Shown one piece after another: positions 11,101 to 19,735 of a stretch of 64,000 nt of DNA. The DNA comes from a virus. Lineage: Duplodnaviria > Caudoviricetes. Within the stretch, counting starts at the first letter, position 1. The number at the start of each line of letters is the position of its first letter. The notes under the pieces were generated by a model. That model was not told the DNA's origin, ran no database searches, and saw nothing but the letters and a program-made list of their open reading frames with translations. The position numbers were made by a program, and so were the translations under genes. Location: positions 10,807-74,806 of the IMG/VR virus record IMGVR_UViG_2706795396_000001, one strand, 5' to 3'.

Positions 11101-13013
11101 AGAAGATTGAGAACAAGACAAAAAACTTCTCTAAGAATTACTACAACGACTGGCGATCATTAGGCAAAAAGCTTGACAAAAATTGGGATACTGTCTTGGA
11201 TAACATGTACAGTACCACTAGAAACAGCACTAAGAAAATTGTTAACAACATCAACAAGGCTATTAATGGTATTGATTCAGTTGTTGCGCAATTTGGTGGC
11301 AGTAAGTCAGCCATCAAACCAATTAAATTTGCATCAGGTACTGGTGCTTTTGGTTCACTAAGAAGGCCTATTACCAAACCAACGTTAGCAATGCTTAACG
11401 ATGGTAACGACAGCCCTTCAACTGGTAACAAAGAAATTGTATGGAAACCTTCTAAAGGCTCTATGGAATTAATTCATGGTAGAAACGTGATGAGAGTTTT
11501 AGAGCCTGGTGACGAAGTTCTTAACGCTAGCGAAACCAGAGAGCTTTTAAGTGCTCAAGGTATTCAGCACTTTGCAAAAGGTACTGGTGTTACTAAAGCC
11601 TTATATAACGCTGCTGAAAGCTATGTAAACCACCCTATCAAGAAGCTTAACAGTATCTTTACTATTGCTACTGACGGTCTAAAAGGCTTCTTCAAGAACC
11701 TTGGTAAAGGCTTGGAAGAATCAACCAAGAAACAGTCTTCTACTTGGTGGTCAACTCTTTGGAGCATGGCAGGCGAAAAGCTAGACGGTGGCTCTAGCAG
11801 CTATAACGGACTTCTTGAAGCTATGGAGAAGTTCGGGGATGGTCATAAATATGTATGGGGCGCAACTGGACCTTCTACTTTTGATTGTTCAGGCTTGGTA
11901 ATGTATGCCCTAAAGAAAGCATTTGGTATTGATTACCCTCACTACTCTGGTTCACAATATTCAGTTTCTCAACACATTCCTAAGAGTAAGGCTAAGGCTG
12001 GTGACTTGGTATTCTGGGGTAAAGGCGGTAGCGAACACGTCGGTGTATACGCTGGCGGAAACAAGTTCTACTCTGCACAATCACCTTCACAAGGCATCGG
12101 CATGAACACCCTGGACTCTGTTGTGGGTTATGGGGGTCCTTTATTTGCTAGAGTCAGAGGTTTGGGTGCTAAGATCGCTTCCAATAAGAAAAAATCAAAG
12201 GGGTCATCAAACAACCTAAAGAAATTAATCAAGAGTGAAGTTGGTAGTGGCTTCTTTAAGATGATGGAAGCATTGGGCGACAAATACGGCGACAAATACG
12301 GTGACAACGTAGGTGGCACTTTTAGTCCAAGCATGATTCGTGACGCCGCTAAGGAAATGCACGTCAACCCTTCAAGACAGTTCATTAAGAATTTGCAAGC
12401 CGTTATCCAAAACGAATCAGGCGGACGTAACATCGTTCAGCAGATTCATGACATGAACTCTGGTGGTAACGAAGCCCGTGGTATTCTTCAGTTCACACCT
12501 CAAACCTTTAAGGCTTTCGCTGTTAAGGGACATACAAACATCATGAACCCTTACGACCAATTGTTAGCATTCTTTAATAACTCTGACTGGAGAAACTCCA
12601 TTGGTTGGACGACCATTTGGGGAACAAGAAAGATGGATTGGCTACATTCTGGTCCTCAAGGACATAGACGTTACGCTAACGGTGGTATTGCTAAGAGGCC
12701 ATCTATCTTTGGTGAAGAGGGAGCTGAAATGGCAATTCCGTTATCAGACGGTCATAAGACTAAGCGAGAATATGAATTGCTTGGTCAGACAGCAGCTATT
12801 CTGGCCTCAAATGACAAAGCCAACATTAATGCATTAGCAAACAATTCTAATTCAGCAATTGAAGAAAAGTTGGACAAATTGATCGCTTTAGCACAACAAA
12901 TGATTGTTGCTTACGAACAAGTAAAGGTAGCAGTCCCAAGCGACTCTATCGTTCAAGTTGTCAATAAAGCAAATCTTAAAAAGTCAATCCACCAACAAAT
13001 GTACGGTTATTAG
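5130..13013 (+). CDS. Tape measure protein with LysM, NlpC/P60 and lytic transglycosylase domains
   Basis: 2627 aa. Coiled-coil N-terminus; TP901-type core (GIGMEYVASYAHQAGISLEETASALGILSNNGLEAQKAGTGLR); LysM (YTVKSGDTLSSIA, ~9381-9515); NlpC/P60 (YVWGATGPSTFDCSGLV…HVGVY, ~11830-12160); SLT (IQNESGG…GILQF, ~12330-12670). Confidence 0.95.
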   Translation: MADRVGSGAEIKFRVGVDTSTAEKNLRELKKQFRNVNDEMKATDTQLAAAGDTFGLLENDLAHLEAAMKIQKAAVEKAKEEWEKMTKVVTDANGATRRVSDTTNHNANIVARARSEYDKQLVTLKKVSAQYDVIQAKVKVYNSNISELVEKHKAEQSVLEQEVKLAKAQGNETEAQAKQLKLLNKQYSDAVSESKRYEKTLKELKDSGLENTVQYKQQESALKKTQVQMAATKKSISDINASLEHSKLGIEAFNTSMEESEKAFEHALKVSSAYDNSVKQLDKQIEHSKEVQKTLAAEIKRVETAKQNLVKNAAKEKRATIENSDAYRSLSKHLADLEERQASSILQERALVKARKEALVQKTLETTGLKDFNKSFKETEELVKKQIERQRQLKGETSANLKAIELYKAQQEALKKEIGRLTSARGNLAKQGQKESESYKLVNKAIIENQARYTNLAKEIEKANTAIELNNTHVKENEAIAKKHDQIYRELDARFKDFNGTVKANVEQQKHLATQLNDSKAKIKSYKEALVALNKNYKDNEKEISEYELKLEQEKTKYSSLTKKMAEYRSGLVLLRTTQQNVTAINESAYNALKSQGRQYEANYVRIKALKKEHEELTAQLRIEKSLLETTARKSGVSSVAYANQASKVNGIQSRISSNANEANELIKNTALINSTNKRADAIVRLAKKYENLGVVLRGVGVAGVAGLAGLIYLGVQGSKIATDLNNTFTRTKNLIVTSNTETTAEITKNMAKMKRQVKDLASTYGESQKELAEGQQELIKRGYSSGQAVKAFGQYVKAAAATGEDFNEVTQVGAATLEAFDMRQTHTYSNSKKVLNAIAYAADMTASDFKSLGIGMEYVASYAHQAGISLEETASALGILSNNGLEAQKAGTGLRKIISSLTSPTKAAEEALKSVGLKTSDFVNKSGKLKSISQIFGLLAKHTEKISKAKKVDLLHKIFGQTGQNAAGIFLTNAQSALKGTAESVDELTSKVRKAEKNDYIGRLAKKNMNTLQGQLKILKQTWSVTETNFGQDVQPFLKNSVHVAQQVLKAFNDLPRPMRQTIEATTAIGLGFMTLAGAVGVFQKIMSPAVQLLMRFTVHDKAIKDEATGVVSSLSTEGSAVQALTEKYAKLAEEKKLASESYTGSSDVGGAEENVTNAVGDVTEAEKTAKTVTTGEKVAEEASEAAGVATTGKVAKNAEAKGVETVEKFAKGADKASKSASFRAAGRSILGKLFNAGMFVQTGISLVSSIHKSMTGKTANERWKGTGEAVAGSIAASATAYFTGNPILASVAYDVASTGGGALLGNEKVRKTVGKFNSKLDSHTSTYTPYTYSLSTGNVNPNDLNSGNYDSYGAKRLLDKEQKDYEKEQKRKRRLRKAQKVVDRVKTADFNFQESLANAEFEAKYDLSPTKKKIRKTYTVKSGDTLSSIAKKNHTTVSKLAKQNKIVNPNLVLAGKKLKINATIKAKVDAKALAKSIKSSFDSLISSTEKKNKKLQQANKKTIKNLFNSGLISKKTMNKLDKNNANITKSYKKTYSKVKSLTDQYTTALAQGRTKKAKQLKKQLVKEEHTLQTQLLKAQARGNTKLNSSLDTLKRKGYKISKKAALKQVEIATDAANKEIKAAYKTKKKTVQSAENKYKETVKSLKKLRDSHVGFTEDEYKDAVAKAKATKKATVTGAEETYKSSYKYYSKKQKAVVKLATKERKDIKKNLDKSEKYQLVSQKNAKKNLDKFKGSFQKSWDSFWGGLGKSWNDFWSGVGKAFDFHATLKKAIKNTTPSKYQTPKTKATHSGGHYVEAHANGGVAKSGVALVGEAGQELVYSPYSNHARLVGTKGAQFTNLKAGEHILNAKDTARLMSGNYVGKLPAYANGTVQSFAGGSYSLPSVSTGVKGISRLIQKLKSLDRQLRWLSKRIPKEFNKISSSLSDQMGSDGMFGVLRKSTKQLNRFNSATKKFSANIAKIWKNLNKKIVSNTDNTNDKQLDSVKDTLKKIENKTKNFSKNYYNDWRSLGKKLDKNWDTVLDNMYSTTRNSTKKIVNNINKAINGIDSVVAQFGGSKSAIKPIKFASGTGAFGSLRRPITKPTLAMLNDGNDSPSTGNKEIVWKPSKGSMELIHGRNVMRVLEPGDEVLNASETRELLSAQGIQHFAKGTGVTKALYNAAESYVNHPIKKLNSIFTIATDGLKGFFKNLGKGLEESTKKQSSTWWSTLWSMAGEKLDGGSSSYNGLLEAMEKFGDGHKYVWGATGPSTFDCSGLVMYALKKAFGIDYPHYSGSQYSVSQHIPKSKAKAGDLVFWGKGGSEHVGVYAGGNKFYSAQSPSQGIGMNTLDSVVGYGGPLFARVRGLGAKIASNKKKSKGSSNNLKKLIKSEVGSGFFKMMEALGDKYGDKYGDNVGGTFSPSMIRDAAKEMHVNPSRQFIKNLQAVIQNESGGRNIVQQIHDMNSGGNEARGILQFTPQTFKAFAVKGHTNIMNPYDQLLAFFNNSDWRNSIGWTTIWGTRKMDWLHSGPQGHRRYANGGIAKRPSIFGEEGAEMAIPLSDGHKTKREYELLGQTAAILASNDKANINALANNSNSAIEEKLDKLIALAQQMIVAYEQVKVAVPSDSIVQVVNKANLKKSIHQQMYGY

Positions 13014-13024
13014 ACTGGTTTTTT

Positions 13025-13055
13025 CAGAAAAGCTGAAATACGCTTTTCTGTACAT
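13025..13055 (+). terminator. Hairpin ending in TACAT after tape measure gene
   Basis: CAGAAAAGC-tgaaatac-GCTTTTCTG, then TACAT. Confidence 0.55.
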
Positions 13056-13081
13056 TGTTTCAGAAGAAAGGAAATTAACAC

Positions 13082-15637
13082 ATGACAGAATCTATTCCAG
13101 GTTTTTCTCTATATAATGAGAACTTAGGTGAGATTACATCTGATGACTTAGGGATAATCATGGGGAAGGTTACTATGCCAATAGCCCCGTCAATATCCGC
13201 TCAAATGGAAGACGTTCCGGCTTTATATGGACAAAAATTCGAGGGAACTAATTACGGGACTAAACAGATTGTTATTCCTTTTACTTGGATTGCAGAGTCA
13301 ACTGATTATGAACAAAATCGAAGAGATTTTTATGCAACAATCAGATCTTTGTCACAAACATTTGTTCGTCCTTATGACGGGACAATGGAACTGGCTCTGC
13401 AATTTGACGAAGACCCCGAAATTACTTACTGGGGGCACATTACAGAAGTCGCTGCACCAACAGAAATTATTCAAGGTGACTATTCTTTCTCAAGTTCAAT
13501 TACATTTGAAATGAGTGACCCCCGGGGCGTGATGCCTAGAGTTACTCAAAAAATAAAGCCTAACGCAATTGACACCGAAAATACAAACTTTGCTTATGAT
13601 ACATCAAATGCAAGAACTATTACAGACAAAAACCTAAACTTTCTCTATAAATTAGATGATAGCATTGCTCACAAGGGTTCTAATTTATGGATATCTTTTG
13701 ATTGGAGCAATCAAGACACTAAAACTACTAATGATACTGACACTTATACTATTTATAGAGTTGTAAAATATACCAAGGATAGTGGCAGACCAGATGATAT
13801 ACAAAAAATGGCAGTTGGTTGGTTCTTATCCTCTTCGCTTAAAAACGCTACTGGAAGTGGTGGGCATTATTCTGGTTCGGTTTCTATGAATCCTATTTCA
13901 TCTGATATTCCTAACTCACAAATAGCTGGTGTATACGCTTATATCCAAGTTACTAACCCTACCAACTTTAGCATTTCACATTTCCATCTGCACAGTGGTT
14001 CAAGTGAAACGGCTTATTCAGGTGTAACTAATCTAGTAAATAAAAATCAAATCACCACTACTATTTCAGTTGACGGTACTGCTCAAACAGAACCTGAATT
14101 ATCTATCATTCCTAACGCAGACCAGTACTATTTAGGCTATACGCTTAATGATGATGGTTACATGGGAATTGGTGCAGATGAATCGCAAACTATTGATGCC
14201 GCAGATGGTACGACAGTTGTTCCTGCTAGAGAAGTGATTACAAGTGATGGTTGCGGTTCATTTGCTAATTGGACAACTGATTCAAATGTTGTAAACAGTT
14301 TGAGAATTGGTTTGAAGAAAAATGTAGTTCAAGGTGAATTTCAATCTAACCAAGACGCAACCGCTATTATCGTGGGTAGCTATCAAGATGGTTTGACCCC
14401 TCCACACTCTAAGACACCTAGTTCTATGGACGACGATAATATAAATGTTCCTGCAGAAACATGGTATGGCCCTGTTGCTGTTTACCAAGGCATAACATCT
14501 GCTTTAGACAATTTTGAGATTAGTACTATTCTTCACCATGAAGTTTACAAAGATTCGGGTAACGTTCACAATACAAGAGCCGTTGGTATTATTTCATTGC
14601 TTTTGCTTGACGAAAATAATGTGGCTTGGGGAGAATTTAGTCTTAAAGGTTCCGCCGTTAATGGTTATGGTGGTACAGCACCTTTTGCGAGAATTAGATT
14701 TACTGAAAAAGGTGGTAACTTTGGTACTCAACCAACAGTCGGTAATAAAGACAATCATCGATATTATCAACCGTTTTCAACTTACACTAAAGGTAAAAGA
14801 ACTCCTTTATTAGCTGGTGTTAAATGGAATGCTAAAGGACAACCTTCTACTTACGAGGTTGAATACGGTACTACTACCAAGACAGAAACGAAAATAACCA
14901 AGCACAAAGCTTACAGATCAGTTAGGGTTAGGAACGGAAGATATAAAACCGGGGAGAGACGTGGACAACAAAGATATAAAACAATTAGAAAGCCTTATAC
15001 AAAGGTTACTAAGAAGAGTTATAAAAAGACCGTTCAAAAATACGTAAAAGAAAGAGACGCAAACACTTTATTGTCTTCTGATGTTGCTTTGCAGTTTTGG
15101 TTAAGAAAATACAAGAATAGATTCTGGTACAAGGTAGTCGAACTAAGCACTAATTCTTATAGACCTCTAAGTAACAGTAAGTTAAAGCAAAACAACGTAT
15201 GGACTGAAATCACTGATAAGTCATTCTTGAGTTGGGCACAGAACTATAAACTGGGAAACGTTGCTTTAGTGGAAAATAAATATCCATTAGAAGAAGACCT
15301 TGCAAGAGTTGTTCAAAAGAAAGCAGACAAGAGCATCCCTGCGAACGAAAACTACAAAGACGCATATTTGTCTTTGGTTGACTTGCAAATCTCTAAATTA
15401 AACTACTTAGAAGAAGTTGATGGTGCTTCAGACAAACCTAAAGAAGTTGTTAAAAGAGGTCAAGATGTAATTTTCGATAGTGCAGACGAAGAAATTACTG
15501 TTGAAAATTCTATGGTAGAACCAGTGTGGGTAAGCAACTACCCTAAGTTAAAGCCGGGGATAAACACAATTAGTATTTTTGGCTCAGACTTACGAAACGC
15601 AGAAATAGTACTATCTTACTATCCACGAACGTTGTAA
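13082..15637 (+). CDS. Distal tail protein (evolved Dit) with large insertions
   Basis: N-terminal Dit motifs (+.+P..YG..F.G..YG.K.I.+PF, L.FD++P+..YWG, F...DP) and C-terminal L.PG.N.I; 851 aa implies inserted domains. Confidence 0.85.
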   Translation: MTESIPGFSLYNENLGEITSDDLGIIMGKVTMPIAPSISAQMEDVPALYGQKFEGTNYGTKQIVIPFTWIAESTDYEQNRRDFYATIRSLSQTFVRPYDGTMELALQFDEDPEITYWGHITEVAAPTEIIQGDYSFSSSITFEMSDPRGVMPRVTQKIKPNAIDTENTNFAYDTSNARTITDKNLNFLYKLDDSIAHKGSNLWISFDWSNQDTKTTNDTDTYTIYRVVKYTKDSGRPDDIQKMAVGWFLSSSLKNATGSGGHYSGSVSMNPISSDIPNSQIAGVYAYIQVTNPTNFSISHFHLHSGSSETAYSGVTNLVNKNQITTTISVDGTAQTEPELSIIPNADQYYLGYTLNDDGYMGIGADESQTIDAADGTTVVPAREVITSDGCGSFANWTTDSNVVNSLRIGLKKNVVQGEFQSNQDATAIIVGSYQDGLTPPHSKTPSSMDDDNINVPAETWYGPVAVYQGITSALDNFEISTILHHEVYKDSGNVHNTRAVGIISLLLLDENNVAWGEFSLKGSAVNGYGGTAPFARIRFTEKGGNFGTQPTVGNKDNHRYYQPFSTYTKGKRTPLLAGVKWNAKGQPSTYEVEYGTTTKTETKITKHKAYRSVRVRNGRYKTGERRGQQRYKTIRKPYTKVTKKSYKKTVQKYVKERDANTLLSSDVALQFWLRKYKNRFWYKVVELSTNSYRPLSNSKLKQNNVWTEITDKSFLSWAQNYKLGNVALVENKYPLEEDLARVVQKKADKSIPANENYKDAYLSLVDLQISKLNYLEEVDGASDKPKEVVKRGQDVIFDSADEEITVENSMVEPVWVSNYPKLKPGINTISIFGSDLRNAEIVLSYYPRTL

Positions 15638-15659
15638 TTAGAAAGGAATTCTCCATTAT

Positions 15660-18152
15660 ATGGCATACAAATTAAAAGACTATACAAATGCCTCAAGATA
15701 TTTAATATTAGATGAAAATTTAAAAATAGTCGGTCAATTATCCATTGATGGTTCTATTCCATTATTATCAGATTCTATCACTCATAGTATTGCATCAGAA
15801 GACACCTCTTCATCATGGGGAGAAAGTCTAACTTCTGACACATCAGGTTCAGGCGCAGCTGAATCAACCTCAAAGTATGACCCAAACGCAGGTTCGAAAG
15901 CATATACACATGAAGGAACCATTACAGTTCTAGAAAAGGCTGGGACTAACTATAAATTGCTAGATACTAAACATAGTATAGCTTACTATGAAAAGAGTTT
16001 AAAGCGCTGGTATCTTTTACATATTAGTACAGTTGAAAGAACTTTAATTAATGCTAGTGGTCATATCTATTCAAGAACTTTGACGCTTATTGATGAAGCA
16101 CTTTGGCGACTACACTATAACATTCCTACCGCAAAGACAATTAATAACTGTTCCTTAGATCAAGCTCTTGCTTGGTGTACCCAAGGGATGGGCGGTGGCT
16201 GGGAAGTTGTCAACAACTCCAGCTCGTCTTTAAAACAAACAATTTCCTTTTCAGGATCAGATGTAGGGTCAGCAACAATCCAATCTCTACTTCAATGGTA
16301 CAACGTTGAAATGGACTGTTATGTTCTATTAAACCGAACTGAGACTAAGATTGCTAGAAAAGTTATTGATATTGAAGACAAGATCAACGACCAAAGATTC
16401 TTAAGAGAAGCTATTGTAGGTTCAAATGTTTTAAGTCTCACTCAAACCAAAATCGGTAATGCAATTACCAAGTTGTTCGTTTATTCTTCAGCGTCAGCAG
16501 ATGGCATTACGTCAAATAACGGTACTAATTTAACAAACTCTAATTCAGAAAATAGCAGTGGTTTAACCTCCATTGCTGGTGTGAACAACGGTTTGCCTTA
16601 TTTGGTAGATGATGATGCTAACATGCGTTATAACCCTTATTACGCAGAAGGGGATTATTTGGAAGGCGTCATTATTTCAGATTCATTAGTTGGTCAGTCA
16701 TTACTATCATGGGGGAAGAAACAATTAAAGCTTGTAAACCACGATAGATACGCTTATAACATGACCACCACGGTAGATTATAACCCGCCTCTTGGGTCTA
16801 CGATTCGTGCTAAAGACAATACAGCAAACCCTATGATCGACATCACCGCCAGAATCATGGGTAAGACTTTCAGCCTTACTAACCCATATGGGAACACTTG
16901 TACGTTTGGCGAATTTACTACGGTTAAAGTTGTTACACCAAGTTGGTTTAATTCAATAAAAGGTGAGTTGGCAACTGCTATCGATAGAGCGAAGAATGAC
17001 CCAAGCTCTGTCGTACCAGTTATTCTTGCACCAGATGGTACTGACTTTTCAGACGACAACCCGAAGGAATATATCATGCAAGCCTGGGAAAAGACGGGGA
17101 ATGTTAACATCTCCTCATTTGTAGATCCTAAAGGGTTTATATGGAAACACATTAATTCAAACGGTCTGGAAGACACAAACTTCAATAAAAGAGGTTTTTT
17201 ACAGTCAATATCCAGTGTCACGCTGGGAACTTTGAGAGCATATATAGACACAGACTACATAACAAATGCACCAGAGGTTAACATAGACCAAACTTCAGCT
17301 ACAAAATTAGGTTATTTCCTATATAGATACAATAACAAGCAACACACCGCTCAATACATTGTTAGATTAAGCACGGGACAATATTTAAGCTCCCATAACT
17401 TAGGAACGGGAGCCAATCAAAACGATACAGCTTATGTATTATGGGACTCACACTTTAGACAAATTTCCTCGATGATTATTCAAGACGGTGGACACGGTTC
17501 GAGCTTTGGTGTTCAAATGGTAGGCAACACACCTTATATTTGGGGAGTGACAAAAAACTTCGCAAGTGAAGGTGCAAGATATAGAATTACAAAGATCCCC
17601 TACGTGGCAAATGCTACTTTATCTCCTAATGATTCGAGACTAGAAATTATAGGTATCTTTTCAAAAGACGAATATATAAGAGTAAACTATGACAGCGCTC
17701 ATAATTATTTGGGTATAACCAGAAAAAATGGTGATTATGAAGTATATCGAGCACAAGACACTTCACCATGGACGGGGCAACCAAGATATAAAATCAACAT
17801 GTACAATTATGACTTTAAAAAACAACAGACGTTTCAATCTTCTAATTTGAAATATCCTTATGTATTTTGGCATAGTGGGGACTACGATATGCACGACACA
17901 CGCTCAATCTATTGCGTTAACGTTGTGACAGGCGGGCAATGCTTTGTAAACAATTATGACATATCTAATGGAGTTTTTGGCGATGATAACACTATTTACG
18001 AACCCGAAGCATTAAGTACTATTGATGATAATAATTTATTAATCAGTTTTAACAAACATGGCGGTACAACAGAGGGAACGTATGTTTATAAATTGCCTTT
18101 AACTTTTAGAACAGACGCAACGGAAATGAGTAAAGGAGTGATACCAGAATGA
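15660..18152 (+). CDS. Tal / baseplate hub with C-terminal beta-propeller-like domain
   Basis: Follows Dit; prophage-tail-type N-terminus; GHGSSFGVQMVGNTPYIW motif resembles TagC/P68-RBP-like propellers. Confidence 0.75.
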   Translation: MAYKLKDYTNASRYLILDENLKIVGQLSIDGSIPLLSDSITHSIASEDTSSSWGESLTSDTSGSGAAESTSKYDPNAGSKAYTHEGTITVLEKAGTNYKLLDTKHSIAYYEKSLKRWYLLHISTVERTLINASGHIYSRTLTLIDEALWRLHYNIPTAKTINNCSLDQALAWCTQGMGGGWEVVNNSSSSLKQTISFSGSDVGSATIQSLLQWYNVEMDCYVLLNRTETKIARKVIDIEDKINDQRFLREAIVGSNVLSLTQTKIGNAITKLFVYSSASADGITSNNGTNLTNSNSENSSGLTSIAGVNNGLPYLVDDDANMRYNPYYAEGDYLEGVIISDSLVGQSLLSWGKKQLKLVNHDRYAYNMTTTVDYNPPLGSTIRAKDNTANPMIDITARIMGKTFSLTNPYGNTCTFGEFTTVKVVTPSWFNSIKGELATAIDRAKNDPSSVVPVILAPDGTDFSDDNPKEYIMQAWEKTGNVNISSFVDPKGFIWKHINSNGLEDTNFNKRGFLQSISSVTLGTLRAYIDTDYITNAPEVNIDQTSATKLGYFLYRYNNKQHTAQYIVRLSTGQYLSSHNLGTGANQNDTAYVLWDSHFRQISSMIIQDGGHGSSFGVQMVGNTPYIWGVTKNFASEGARYRITKIPYVANATLSPNDSRLEIIGIFSKDEYIRVNYDSAHNYLGITRKNGDYEVYRAQDTSPWTGQPRYKINMYNYDFKKQQTFQSSNLKYPYVFWHSGDYDMHDTRSIYCVNVVTGGQCFVNNYDISNGVFGDDNTIYEPEALSTIDDNNLLISFNKHGGTTEGTYVYKLPLTFRTDATEMSKGVIPE

Positions 18153-19735
18153 GTTTATCTCAATCTTCAGAAATTAATTTAACAGACAATGGTAAACAAG
18201 CTTTAAATGCTAAAGCTTTAGCAAATAGTGCTCACAGAGTAGCAGATGACGCTCATGATCTGGCCTATAGTGCTCAGAAGACGGCCGACGGAAAGAACAG
18301 AGTTTTCAGAGGGTCTGACCCGAACACAATTCCAACCTCTGAACTTAAAGAGGGTGACATATACTTTACTGACAATTCTCTATATGTTTGGGATGGATCC
18401 ACCTGGGTGAAAATGGTCAGTGATACGACTCAAGCAGAAATCAATGCTAAAGTGGCAGACGCAATGGCTAAAGCCAAGAGCGCCGAAGAAACAGCAGATG
18501 GTAAAAACAGAGTATTTAGAGTTAAAGACCTAAACACTATCTCAACATCCAGTTTGAAAACAGGTGACATCTGTTTTACAGATGATACTATTTACGTCTG
18601 GAATGGTACCACCTGGGAGAAAACCGTAAGCGACACTACGGGAGCTGAAATCAGAGCTAAAGTTACCGAAGCGATAAAGAAAGCCAAGAGCGCCGAAGAA
18701 ACAGCAGATAGTAAAAACAGAGTATTTCGAGTTAAAGACCCAAACACTATCTCAAATACTGGACTTAAAGAAGGTGATATCTGTTTTACAGACAACGCAG
18801 TCTATACTTGGACTGGTGGTACTTGGGAAAAAACAGTCAGTGATACAACTGGAGCAGAAATCAAGGCTCGGGTTGATCAAGCAACCCAGGAAAGTCATAA
18901 GGCTGTTAATGAATTAAAGACCAACATCGAGTCTAAAGTCAAGGAATTGGATTATGACGTTGAATCTACTCGAACTAATTTGACAGAGGTTACTAATAAA
19001 ATCGCTAACGACCTGTCAGCGACTAAGGAAAACTTATCCGCAGTTAAGAGCGATTTGTCAGCGACTAAGGGCGACTTGGAGAATACTAAGACTAGCTTAA
19101 CATCTAGCTTAGACAACGCTAAAAAAGATATTGCAACGACTACTAGCGATTTGAACAGTGTTAAGACTAGCTTGGCTGACACCCGGTCCAGTCTGGCAAC
19201 TACTGCTAATGATTTAACTAGCGTTAAGGCCGACTTGGCAGATACTAAAAATAATCTGACAACGACTACTAACGACATCAAAAATGGTTTATCTGCAGTT
19301 CGCAACGATCTGTCAGCGACTAAGACCAACTTGGAGAACACTAAGAATAGCCTTTCAACGACTGTTGCAAATCTGCAAAAACAGACCGGCCAGCTAAGTG
19401 GTAGCTTGGAGACAGCCAACAGTAAGATTAAGTACAACAGCAACGCTATTGCAGAAGTCAAGCACACGGCTGAGGAGATCAGTACGACTGTCTCTGGTAT
19501 GAAGGTCGGCGGTCGAAATCTGGTACTAGGTACTCAAGAAGCTAAGACCATTTTTGACGGAACTGGTTATACCAACATGAGAGACATAACATTTGAATCA
19601 GGCTACTATTGGCCGGATCTCCAACGTGTTGTTTTGAAAGAACACTTATCAAATCTTGGCTTAACCTATGACGACACATTAACCGTAACCGGCAATTTGA
19701 CCATATCGAAAAATGGCACGTCTGGCCAAAAGTGA
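18149..19735 (+). CDS. Tail fibre / receptor-binding protein, N-terminal part
   Basis: Three 70-aa repeats, heptad coiled coil, and the start of a GGRNL.. carbohydrate-binding-type module cut by the stop codon. Confidence 0.75.
   Translation: MSLSQSSEINLTDNGKQALNAKALANSAHRVADDAHDLAYSAQKTADGKNRVFRGSDPNTIPTSELKEGDIYFTDNSLYVWDGSTWVKMVSDTTQAEINAKVADAMAKAKSAEETADGKNRVFRVKDLNTISTSSLKTGDICFTDDTIYVWNGTTWEKTVSDTTGAEIRAKVTEAIKKAKSAEETADSKNRVFRVKDPNTISNTGLKEGDICFTDNAVYTWTGGTWEKTVSDTTGAEIKARVDQATQESHKAVNELKTNIESKVKELDYDVESTRTNLTEVTNKIANDLSATKENLSAVKSDLSATKGDLENTKTSLTSSLDNAKKDIATTTSDLNSVKTSLADTRSSLATTANDLTSVKADLADTKNNLTTTTNDIKNGLSAVRNDLSATKTNLENTKNSLSTTVANLQKQTGQLSGSLETANSKIKYNSNAIAEVKHTAEEISTTVSGMKVGGRNLVLGTQEAKTIFDGTGYTNMRDITFESGYYWPDLQRVVLKEHLSNLGLTYDDTLTVTGNLTISKNGTSGQK
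18277..18870 (+). repeat. Three tandem ~210-bp (70-aa) repeats
   Basis: TADGKNRVFR…GD+.FTD..+Y.W.G.TW.K.VSDTT.AEI x3; 30 bp identical at 18470-18499 and 18680-18709. Confidence 0.9.
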
